Source: Octopus vulgaris
Lineage: Eukaryota
Reading direction: 5' to 3'
Length of the DNA stretch: 64,000 nt
Assembly (NCBI GenBank): GCA_951406725.2
Contig: OX597820.1
Location: 54,746,001-54,810,000, forward strand
The notes under the pieces were generated by a model. The model saw nothing but the letters and a program-made list of their open reading frames with translations, searched no databases and was not told the origin of the DNA. Positions 37,388 through 49,045 of the stretch are shown in pieces (within the stretch, counting starts at the first letter, position 1; each line of letters begins with the position of its first letter). Made by a program: the position numbers and the translations under genes.

Positions 37388-40300
37388 CTACTCCAAATTG
37401 ATAAATCCTGATATCACTTAGCTAGTGTTTATAAATGACAACAAAATGTTACTAAATATTTTATCCAAGTTCAAGTTTTCCTTCTCCAGCTAAATCATTG
37501 ATAAATAAATTATTACTAAATCGTATTACAGTATTCTAATTCACTACTTAAGATGTTAGCCACCATTACGCTTATAAATCAAAGGAAGAAAAAAATCCAG
37601 AGAAATTCACAGGGTAAGATACAAAAAAATAAACACATGGTGTGAACAGGAATTTCCTTCTCAAATGAGGTTTAAACTTTGTTTCTCATACAGGACAGTA
37701 CCTAGTTCCTGTTTATTTTTTTCTTTGCTTCCCACCAAATAACATTCATTGAATTCTGTTTGTGCAGTTTGGGATTTGGTGACAATTGTGGACATTTGCA
37801 ATAGAGGACTTTAAGAGTTAAACACACACACACACACACACACTAATAAAGATGACTCGAAAATGAAGAAGGCATATCACCAAAGGATTCACAGATGAAT
37901 GAGAAAATTATTATAATTGGTAGGAAAGTATATATATATAGTAGAAGACAACTGCCCAAAATGCCATGCAGTTGTAATGAACCTGGAACCATGTGGTTGG
38001 GAAGCAAGCTTCTTACCACACATCCACGCCCGTGCCTATATATATCATCATTATCATTTAACATCTGCTTTCCATGCTGGCATGGGTTGGGCAGTTTGGC
38101 TGAAAACTAGTTAAGCCGGGGGAGCTGCACCAGGTTCCAATCTGATATAGCAAAGTTTCTACAGTTAGATGCCCTTCCTAATGCCAACCACTCTGAGAGT
38201 GTAGTGAGTGTTTTTTATGTGCCAATGGCACTCATGCCTTTGACCTGACACCGGCATCAGCCATGACTACAGTCTCACTTGGCTTGACAGGGCTACACAA
38301 GCATGGTATATGGTCAAAGGTCTTGGTTACCTGTCACTGCCTCCATGAGGCCCCACGCTCAAATGGTGCCAGTCGGATGGCACTGGCATTGGCCATGACT
38401 ATGATTTCACTTGATTCAATAGGTCTTCATAAGCACAGCGTATTGCCCAAGATTATACATCACATGATAGTTGGAAATAATCATCGCTGTCATACAAGCA
38501 ATGTCATTCATTTCCAATATCCTACGAAACCATGTCTGGCCATGGGGAAATATTATTGTGTTAGGAAACAGGTGATGGTTTGTGACAGTAAGTGTAATAA
38601 ACTCCATCCAACCCATGTAAGTATTGAAAAGTGAATACTATAATGATGAAGATAACGAAAGTGCATTTCTTCAAACAAGACAGGGGAAAACATCAGTAGT
38701 GTTTTTACCTAAATATTCCACATTTTGTAGTTAATAACAAAATAGTTCACTTTAATCTGATCAAAAAATCAAGACCAACAATTTTTAAATGTAATAGTAC
38801 ATACTACCTGCAAAAGTGACGGGTCACATTGACAATTTAACACACATACACTTATGCTATCAAAAGTGACAGCCTTTTCACTAATAACTCTTTTTTACTG
38901 GACCACTTAATGGTTTAATGATAATCATAACATTTAATTAAAACAGCGAAACTATACTTACAAAATTATTATATTATTTACAAACCATTAGAAATTTTCC
39001 ATTATTTTAGAGGTTCTTTAATCAGAAAATTTACTGTAAAACTATGACTTCCATACAGATTTTGTTTTATATCATTATTTATCACCATATTAAGACTGTT
39101 CCTCCTTTTCATCCTGCTTAAAGCAATATAAAGCTAAGCTCTTAGTCCAACTCACTTTTATTCCCTGGTTCCCTGTCAGAGCAATGTGATAAACACCTTA
39201 TCTTCCCATTCATAATCATTTTACTTCCTCTACTATCATTCAATCACTCTCTATTTTACCTCAGACAGCTTCCTACTTCCACAAAACGTGCTTTCCTTGA
39301 CAATAAAAAAACACAATGCTAATTATTATATGTGGGTATGTGTGTTTGTGTGTGTGTGTACATAAGGGTTTCCAGCTATGAAAACTGAGCCAAATGACAC
39401 ATATGAGTACAAATCTATGAGAGTAGTAACTTCAGAAGTGACTTGGACTGTGACACCCATCCAACTCATGCCGGTGTGGAAAGCAGTCATAAAAATATTA
39501 TTGCTGCTGCTGCTGATGGTGTGCGTGTGTGTATCACTGTCCTTCATTTCCAATGGGAAAATATTACCTTACTTGGAAAATGGCAGAAGTTGGTAACACA
39601 AAGGCATCTGGTCATAGAATATCTAAATTCCATCTGACCCATGCAATCATGGAAAATGAATGCTAAAATGACGATGACATACACATGCAGATCAACAGAG
39701 ACAGACTTTAAAAGGAAACGTGAGGCAAAACAAAAAACCTGTATTCTGCCTATACAGTACTAATAAACTATTCATGAAGTTAGTCGCTATCATTTGCTAT
39801 ACACTCTTACTCTTAACTCTTTTACTTGTTTCAGTCATTTGACTGTGGCCATGCTGGAGCACCGCCTTTAGTCAAGCAAATCAACCTAAGGACTTATTCT
39901 TTGATAGCCTAGTACTTATTCCATCAGTCTCTTTTGCAGAACCGCTAAGTTATGGGGGACGTAAACACACCATCATCAGTTGTCAAGCGATGTTGGGGGG
40001 ACAAACACAGACGCACAAACATATACACACATACATATAAATATATATACATATATACGACGGACTTCTTTCAGTTTCCATCTACTATATGCTTATTAAG
40101 GACAGATATTCCAGTATTCACAGTTTAAATTTCAAATATTTTTTTATGATTTGATAGATCCGTACAAAGGAACCCATAGTGAAAGCAAATAATAATCTTA
40201 TAAAGGCTTGTTTGGAGGTGTAATTCAAACCTATTATTTAATTAATCATCTGTAAACCAATCCAAGAAATTATGACAAAATTATCTCGGGATACAGTGAT

Positions 40301-41118
40301 TAATTATATATAAAAGATTAAATGGTGCCACCTTTCAGCTTGTACTTAATTTAGCAATGAGCAAGACTTCAAAGACATATGCATAATGTGTGTGCGTGTG
40401 CACGTTTATGTACATGCATGTAGCATTTGCCGAGTGAAATTTGTACATTATGATTAATTAAATAATGAGTTTCAATTACACCTCTAAATGAGCCATTATG
40501 AGGTTGCTTGGTTTTGCTAGTGTTACTAGGTTTCTCAGCTTACCTTGTCGTTACCGGTGCTGGTGGAACGTAAAAAGCACCATCCGAACATACTCGAAGC
40601 TAGTCCCTGCACCCCCACCCCCCACCAGCTCCTGTGCCGGTGGCACATAAAAAGCACTATCCAAATGTGGTCAATGCCAGTGCTGCCTGACTGGCTCCCA
40701 ATGACACATAAAAAGCACCCACTACACTCTCAGAGTGGTTGGCATTAGGAAGGGCATCCAGCTGTAGAAACCTTGCCAGATTAGATTGGAACCAGGCATA
40801 TCCTACTGGCTTGCCAGTCCCCCCCCCCAGTCGAATCATTCAACCCATGCCAGCATGAAATGAAAGGAACGTTAAACAATGATGATGAGGAGTATTTGAA
40901 ATACAAATTGTGAAAATAGGAAAATCTGAATTTAATATAAGCATATTGGAAGTGATAGTTATTAACTTGAATAAGTCAGTAATATTGCATAAACAGAGTA
41001 CATGTGGCTGTTTGTCTGTAGCTATCTACAAGTGTGTATATGTGTATTGTGCTTTGCCAGGGAATTTAGTACAAAAACTGTACAAACTCATTGTAAATAT
41101 ATGTGTGTGTATGTTACA

Positions 41119-41537
41119 CTTCCAGAAGGGAAGGGTCTTCCTTTGATGCTGACATGCAATGTTTGTGCAAGACCCTGCCTCAGTAAAGCTGGACTCAAGA
41201 GTCATCTTCGTAGTCATAAAACGAGATAGATGAGTGACAACCTGGCCACTGGTGGTGGTGTAACACACCATACTAATCATATCTGTCGGGCATGTGGAAG
41301 AGAGTGTAATTCGGCAGGAGGACTTAAACGACATGCAAAGGTACATGAAGCCTAGTTACAACTACAGCCAGCTATTACCAGTAAAGGTCTTAGTTGCCAA
41401 TTTTGTACAAGACGTTGTAGATCTTTAGCTGGGCTAAAAAGTCACATTCGATCACAGCACCAGTAACAGTTAAGCTTCGTGCAATGGCCATACTCGATAA
41501 CGAGGGGGCAGCCATAGATGATGATGATGATGATGAT
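41119..41537 (+). mobile_element. 3' end of an RTE/BovB-like LINE encoding three C2H2 zinc fingers, pseudogenised
   Basis: One frame reads CNVCARPCLSKAGLKSHLRSH..*..CRACGRECNSAGGLKRHAKVH..*..CQFCTRRCRSLAGLKSHIRSQH*, then a short UTR with a CTCG..CGAG hairpin and a (GAT)n tail. Confidence 0.7.
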
Positions 41538-41830
41538 ATATATATATATATTATTAGTTGCTTATAAGTCAGATAAAAAGCCATACTCAATAAGAGCAAG
41601 AGAGCAGTTATGCCTTTTACCATCAAGTAGTGTATTATTTGTTGTAGCACATATTTGGTCAGAATGTTACTACAGGTTTTACATTGACTATTGCACTTGG
41701 TAATATTGATAAATCTTCAGACATACTGGCTGGAAGTACATAACCATTTTTATGCAGAAGATATATATATACATGAGTGAGTGAACAAACGAAAGAAGGG
41801 CACTTAAATTTATTGGAAGTTACATGTATG

Positions 41831-41978
41831 GATCAAAACAGTTCGATTCAAATTCACTGGCACTCTTGAGTTTCAAGCATGATGCTAGTCATCAGACATT
41901 TGGAATTTAAAATGGCTGAAGAGTAGCACCATGCTTGAAACTCAAGAGTACCAACGAATTTGAATCAAACTGTTTTGA

Positions 41979-41980
<2 letters not shown>
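41831..41980. repeat. 150-bp palindrome formed by two inverted hammerhead-containing units
   Basis: Arms of about 70 bp, GATCAAAACAG...CTGTTTTGATC; each arm carries CTGA(T/A)GA...GAAACTCAAGAGT. Confidence 0.9.
41903..41961 (+). ncRNA. Type-I hammerhead ribozyme motif
   Basis: TGG-CTGAAGA-GTAGCACCATGCTT-GAAA-CTCAAGAG-TA-CCA with a GUA triplet and cleavage predicted after 41950. Stem I extends through an internal loop via GAATTT/GAATTT. Confidence 0.7.
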
Positions 41981-42023
<43 letters not shown>

Positions 42024-43099
42024 TAAGTGAAAGATGGAAGATGGAATATACGAGAATTTTAATTATTAATCATAACAAGTGATTTGACACATCTAGCATT
42101 GATCCCTCACATGTGGAACACTTAACAACTGGTTCAGGAGCATCTGGCAGTTCAGATATGTCTCATTGGGTGATAAATAGATACAACTCATTAAAATAAC
42201 AGTTCTGCACTGTATCTTCTCATTTTGTAGAAACAAAGGAAATATATATATATATATACTTAGCCTGGCCTGATTTTGTACCACCAGCATAAAAAAGGTT
42301 ATGCACTTATGCACTTCCAGCCAGCATGACTGAAAAATCATTCATATTACCTAGTGCAATAAGGTGATGAGCTGACAGAACTGTGAGCACACCAGGCAAA
42401 ATGCTTAGCAGCATTTCGTCTGTCTTCACATTCTGTGATCAAATTTTGCTGAGGTCAACTTTGCTTTTCATTCTTTTGGGGTTGATAAAACAAGTACCAC
42501 TTGAGCACTGGGTCAATGTAATTGATTTTCCTCCTCTCCCAAACTTGCTGGCCTTGTACTAAAATTTGAAACCAATATTACCTATTACAATAATCAGCAT
42601 GAACCCTATGGTAACATTCATCATCATCATCATCATTGTTTAACGTCCACTTTCCATGCTGGCATGGGTTGGATGGTTTGACTTAAGACTGGCAAGCCAG
42701 ATGGCTGCACCAGGCTCCAATCTGATCTGGCAGAGTTTCTACAGCTGGATGCCCTTCGTAATGCCAATCACTCCAAGAATGTAGTGGGTGGTTTTACATG
42801 CAACCTGCATGAGGGCCAGTTAGGTGATACTGGCAATGGCCAAGCTCAAATGGTGTTTCTTTTGTGCAACCTGCACAGGAGCAAGTCCAGCGGCACTAAC
42901 CAAATATATGTCATAACCAGTAATATGCTGCTCAATATAACCACTCTATTACTAATATTGAGTGACTTTTTTTCTGATTTATAGATAACTAAGTGATAAT
43001 ATACCTTTCTGGCAGAATGTATCCCACTAGGCCACCATGTGGCTTGTTTTTTATAGCCATTTCTCCAGCTTATACAGTTATGAAAATACTTGCATTATA

Positions 43100-44770
43100 T
43101 TCTCTTTGAGAATATCAGGTTATATGACTTCTGATACCCTACCATGAATGAACATACCTATACTGCCTAACAAACTCTACACAAGGAAGCTCTGAGAGAA
43201 AATAAACAACTTCATAAAGGTACATGAAGTGGAAAGCCTTCTCCTATGACCAAGCAGCATCGTTCTCAGAATCCAATTTCTACAACATTAAGTCTAGAAG
43301 ATTTCCACCCAAGATCAAAGAACTAGAAGCCTTCAAAGTAAACCTCTAGGGCATCATCTCCAAAACTGAAATTCCATTTAGTTCTCTAAACCCTTCCAGC
43401 AAAAGCTTACTTCTGATAGTATTCCATAATCCTATAGGATTAAAACCAGCTACATTTAGCCTAAACAACCAACCTGATTTGTGTTCAAATCAACCAGATC
43501 CAGCCTCTCACACCTACCATACAATGTCATTCTAAAAGTAAACAATCACATCATCAAAGTCTCAAAGCCATGATATAAAGCAAGATTAATTCAAAACAAT
43601 GTGAATAAATAACCATTAGACATGATGGAATAATCTGAATGCTAAAGGGTTGAAAATTCAGATAGGTTTTACTTTATTCAGATAAAACAAGAAATTTATA
43701 TAGGATAGACACAAAAACCTATAACAGACTTTTATCACAGAAAACAATCAGAGAGCTTCTCCTCAAACATATGACAACATTAACAAGGTCAAAGATTTAG
43801 TGAGTGTTTTGTATACAGCAGACAGGATAGAAACCTTAGCTAAGAGGAATGCATTTTTAACCATTAAAGATCACAAACTGAATTTTGCCTCTGTCTTCAG
43901 GTGTTACCTGATTAACGCAGCAAAATCATGGATTGGTCTAGTGAGCAAGCACATATTGAGGAAGATAAATGATGATGATGATATAAGGAAAGCATCCTAT
44001 CAATTCTTATGGCACAACAACAAATGAAGAAATTTCATGGTTCAAAGTAAACCTGGGTAGAGGCAGAACAAGGCTCATCCAATTTAATATAGTGAACATT
44101 TTTATTATCTATATTGAAAGATAGCCAGCGAGCTAGCAGAATCATTGGCACACCAGGCAAGGTGCTTAGTGGCATTTTGTCCATCTTTAATCAAAGTCCG
44201 CCGAGGTCGACTTTGCTTTCCATCCTTTCGGGGTCAAAAAAATAAGTACAAGTTGAGCACTGGGGTTGATGTAATCGACTATCCCCTCCCCCAAAATTTC
44301 AGGCCTTGTGCCTATAGTAGAAAGGATTATCTATATTGATAGAGTTGTTATACAGAACACCTAATTACTCTAAGGAGTTCACTGAAATTAGCAACAGGGA
44401 TATAGATGTAATAATGCCAGAAAGACCCTACTGTTCAATAAAGATTCAGCATGGGTTAAACAACCAGGTCTAGAAGGCCTTTGACATGGTGAAGGGAGGA
44501 TTCAACACCATGGATATCTGTGACCTCATAGGCCAGTTTATGCCTGACATGTTGTGTAAGAGTCTCCTGTCGACCCACTATGGCCTGTATAGAAGCAACA
44601 ATTTAGCTGTCTCTGGAGGTGTGAACAGGTACGCTCAAGATGAGCTTAAGAAAAACTTGATCCACACTCTTATCTCCCTAGGGTTTGAGGTTACTACAGA
44701 CATCAACCTTACAATAATTACTTTCTTAGCTATAATGCTTGATTTAGGCATAGGTTCTTGTTTCACATAA
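43100..44770 (+). mobile_element. Decayed Penelope-like element (RT region), interrupted by a MITE and a SINE
   Basis: AFLTIKDHKLNF..CYLINAAKSWIGLVSKHILRKIN, LIQFNIV, GGFNTMDICDLIG and YGLYRSNNLA correspond to the PLE RT motifs (LKDHK, CRLINPAKSEIG, MGSYDGAEVCELVG, GLYRDDGLA). Confidence 0.75.
44118..44325 (+). mobile_element. SINE with 14-bp TSD inserted in the Penelope-like RT
   Basis: ATTATCTATATTGA at 44104-44117 and 44326-44339. Confidence 0.8.
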
Positions 44771-45682
44771 TATTCCCAGGTGACCAAATACTTATTCTCA
44801 ATAATATCTAACTAAACTTGGAAATGTAACATTGGAGTGTATTTAAATGCAAAACACTTCCGCTAAAAAAAATCCCATGACTAAACAACTTGACCGTTTG
44901 GCTTCTATGGTTTATTTCCTATTGTTGGATTATCCTGTTTGATAATTTACATATCAGTAATTGTTATTGTTTAGCTCCACATCAGTCTTGATTGAGCAAA
45001 CTATGATCCAAGTTCAAACTATGACTATCCCATTTTTTTTTATATCGAAGACAATAATATCTAATGTGGCATAGGAGTGGTTGTGTGGTAAGTAGCTTGC
45101 TTACAAACCACATGGTTCCAGGTTCAGTTCCACTACGTGGCACCTTGGGTAAGTGTCTTCGACTATAGTCTCGGGCCAACCAAAGCCTTGTGAGTGGATT
45201 TGGTCGACAGAAACTGAAAAAAGCCCATCGTATATATGTATATATATGTTTGTGTGTCTGTGTTTGTCCCCCAACATCGCTTGACAACTGATGCTGGTGT
45301 GTTTACATCCCTGTAACTTAGTGGTTCAGCAAAAAGAGACTGATAGAATAAGTACTAGGCTTACAAAGAATAAGTCCTGGGGTCGATTTGCTCAGCTAAA
45401 GGCGGTGCTCCAGCATGGCCACAGTCACATGACTGAAACAAGTAAAAGGAGGCAGCAAGCTAGCAAAATCATTAGAAGGCCAGGCAAAATGCTTAGCAGC
45501 ATTTCGTCCATTTTTATGTTTTGAGTTCAAATTCTGCTGAGGTTGACTTTGCTTTTTATCCTCCCAGGGTCAATAAAATAAGTACCAGTCGACCATTGGG
45601 ATCAATGTAATTGACTTACCCAACTGTTCCAAAATTACTGGTCTCGTACTGAAATTTGAAACCAATATATTGGTAGAATGTC

Positions 45683-45915
45683 GGTGAACTGGCAGAAACG
45701 TTAGCACGCCAGGCAAAATGCTTAGCCGTATTTCGTCAGCCATTATGTTCTGAGTTCAAATTCTGCCGAGGTCGACTTTGCCTTTCATCCTTTCGGGGAA
45801 GATAAATTAAGTACCAGTTACACACTGGGGTCGATGTAATCGACTTAATCCCTTTGTCTGTCCTTGTTTGTCCCCTCTATGTTTAGCCCCTTGTGGGCAA
45901 TAAAGAAATAACAAC
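45683..45915 (+). mobile_element. SINE with 12-bp TSD, last of a three-SINE cluster (45068-45915)
   Basis: TGGTAGAATGTC at 45671-45682 and 45916-45927. Confidence 0.8.
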
Positions 45916-48900
45916 TGGTAGAATGTCAAACAAGATGTCTTACAGAATTTAGTTGTTGTCTCCTCTTACATTCCAAATCCACCTCCCACTAATATTAATT
46001 TTGCGGCCATGTTGTTAGGGTGCTACACTCATAATCATAATAAAATCTTGGTTTCAATTCCCAGTCCAGGTGGTGTGTTGTGTTCTTGAGCAAAACACTT
46101 CATTTCATGTTGTTCCAGTCCACTCAGCTGTAAATTAATTCCAGCAATAGATGGGAAGTTAACTCTTCAGAAGGGAATGTTGTAATCTCAATCATTTATA
46201 CATAATGGAAACCAGGTTAAGTTCTGACCTTATGAGTTCCAGGGTTCAGAACAGACCTAAAATAAATATAGAGCAAATACGGAGTCAATGTAATCATGTG
46301 TCTCCTCTCTGCACACCAGTAACCTTCTACTTATGCTAAAAATTAATATTAATGCATGAGAATAGGATGGTGGTTAGCCACTGAAAAAAATACCTTCTGT
46401 TAATTAGCCACAACCTTTTACATTCTGAATCTAAATCCTGCCTGAGTTATCTGCAGAGTTAACTTCACTTTCATCTCTCAAGAGTTTACTAAAATAAGTA
46501 CCAGTCAAGAATAGGCATTGTTTAGATTGATATGGGCTTGTGCCAAAGTTGTAGATTTATATAAACACATGAGAATAAAACCAGGATGAGGGACAATAGT
46601 GGAAATGTACTGGATATTTCTGTTGACTCAAGAGTTTCATGGGTTAACACAGATAATTTATGGTGTCAAAGCTTGAAAATACTTTCAGGACTACCAAATG
46701 GCTCTTAAACTATTGATGCTCTTAGCTACAAATTCATCATAGATTATTCTAACCTCTAGAGAAGGGCTAGTCTATCACAAGCAACATTCTAGACAAACTA
46801 GTATCATCTGTTCCCTGACAACTGAAGCATATAGAAATTAGTGTTCTATTTAAATACATAAAGCCTGTCAGATATCAACTGGGTCATGTCTTGTCTATTG
46901 TCAACATTTTTGAAAGCAAAACTTTTCTGCATTCCATCCACTCCCAAATTACCTTCCACACCCCAGGAATTCAATAAATTAAGAACCCTTAATAAAGGCA
47001 TAGGATGGCCTGCACTATCAAGTTTCCACATTGCCTCTGAAACACCAACAAAAGAGAACATATGAAACCAGTCCTGGTAAATGGAGATGATTGCAATCTG
47101 TTGCCAAAGACTGAAATAGATGGCATATTGTACTGGGTGACCAGTTCATGCCCTGGGAGTTCAAGTGCCAGATCTTCATTTGTTCAATAAACCCTGGCAA
47201 AATAAGTGTCTCTATCTAGGGAAGTGAGAGATGGGGGAGTGTAAGAGTTTATTACAGATCTATTCAATACAACTGAAACTGGAATTGTGCACCAGCTTAA
47301 CAAGGATCAACATCAGTTCAACAATAGTATTGCTGTTGTGAGTATTCTCAGGTGCACAAAAGCAAAGTGGAGAGTAGAACATGACCAGACTGATGGCATA
47401 CTGTGCCTCAAATGATAAATGCTAGTGCGGTCATCAGAGTGTGTATAGTATGGCTGGTTCTCCACTAGGTGGATGAATAGTATGTATATAGAACAACAGA
47501 TTTGTGGGTTACACCTAGTTGTTCAATCAAATACCTACAGGTTATGCATCTTGTTTAAGTGTATAATGGAACAGCTGCGGTAAGACTCAATTATTTTGTG
47601 GTCATTGAACTAGCACCTTCAACCCTTTAGCATTCAAACTGGCCAAATGTAGGCCATAAAGAGAGTGCTTATTTGTTCAAATTGTCCACATGCAACTTCA
47701 TCTTTTGGTATTAGAAAAATTCTACTCTCCCAGGATGCTATGCTCTTTTAGTTCACTGTTTTCATCATTGACACACATGGCTATATGGGTGGTGGCTGGT
47801 GTACTAAATAGAGAATCACACAATATACCTGGTTATGTCCCTTTACACAGTTAAAATCCTGCTCAGCTTGACTTGGCATTTCATCCTACTATGATTATGA
47901 AATAAATACCAATCAAATCCTTGGTTGGATATAATATATGATACTCATGACTAAATCTAAAAAAAAGAATAAAAGAATATTCCAACTATAAGAAAATAGC
48001 ATCCTCAGCCTTGTGAGCGAATACCTTGCTTATACAAGACAAAGGTGCAGAGTATAAATCCTCAGAGAAAATCAAAAATGGAACTACTAAAACTGTCAGA
48101 TTGACCCCCGGTTTCCCTTCTGCAGCTCTTGTAGTCAAATCATAACCAAACATGATGCCTATGCAATCATCTTGTTTACATAAGTGAGGTAAAAAATTTC
48201 TAATGTAATTCTGCAATTCATATAGATACAGGCCTACAACTATCTAATTGTTTTTCTTTATTGATTTCTAACACATGCACAAGGTCACACATTTTGAGAG
48301 AGGGTATAGTCAATTAAATCAACCTCTAGTACTTGAGTGGTACTATATTTTAGATCACAGAAGGATGAAAAGCAAAGTTAATTTTGGTAGGATTTAAACT
48401 CAGTATGTATATCTATGTATATTACTTTGTCTAATAATGAATGACAAATAAATAAAAAGTTTCACAGCTGCTGTTTTGTCATACAGTGTGTCAGGAACTG
48501 CTAGCTCTTGGGTTCTGCCAAGACCTGAAAGATGAGAGGGTTACAGTAGGTGGTGGTCGTTGTTATTATTGTGGTTGTTTTGCCACAAGTTAGCCCTGAT
48601 TTGAGTAGACCCTTGATCAAAAACATTGCAGCCAACCCAACCCATTTTTTTCTTTCAAGTATAGTGTTATCTAAACTGCATCATCCAATGTATTCATTTT
48701 TTTAAAGATGGTCGGGTGTGATTTGAAGGCGATTTGGCTATTACTTTTAGAAGATAAAACAACCATATAAAAGGTTCCTTGTTGGATACTGCAAATCTCT
48801 TATACTGTCACACGAGGTAAATCATTATGGGTAATACCAAATGTGATTTGTTGCATTTGGGACAATGAAGGCAATGAATAAAGCCAAACTACTACAACTA

Positions 48901-48943
48901 CTACCACAAACTGTGCTGCAATTCTGTGTAAGGGATGGCTTAC

Positions 48944-49045
48944 CTCAGAAAAGGCAGCATAGCTACAGAGGTAAAAGAGATTGACAAGCTGGATAATCGG
49001 AATGTAGTAGACAGGAAGAGCTGACTTAGATTTTTATATTTCTAT
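48944..49045 (-). CDS. Candidate first coding exon of the ASB gene (ATG at 48960; MLPFL-)
   Basis: Strong acceptor atttttcttcttccttccag and donor GAG|GTAAGC. Stops occur in all frames before the ATG, and the phase-2 end fits both downstream exons. Confidence 0.5.
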
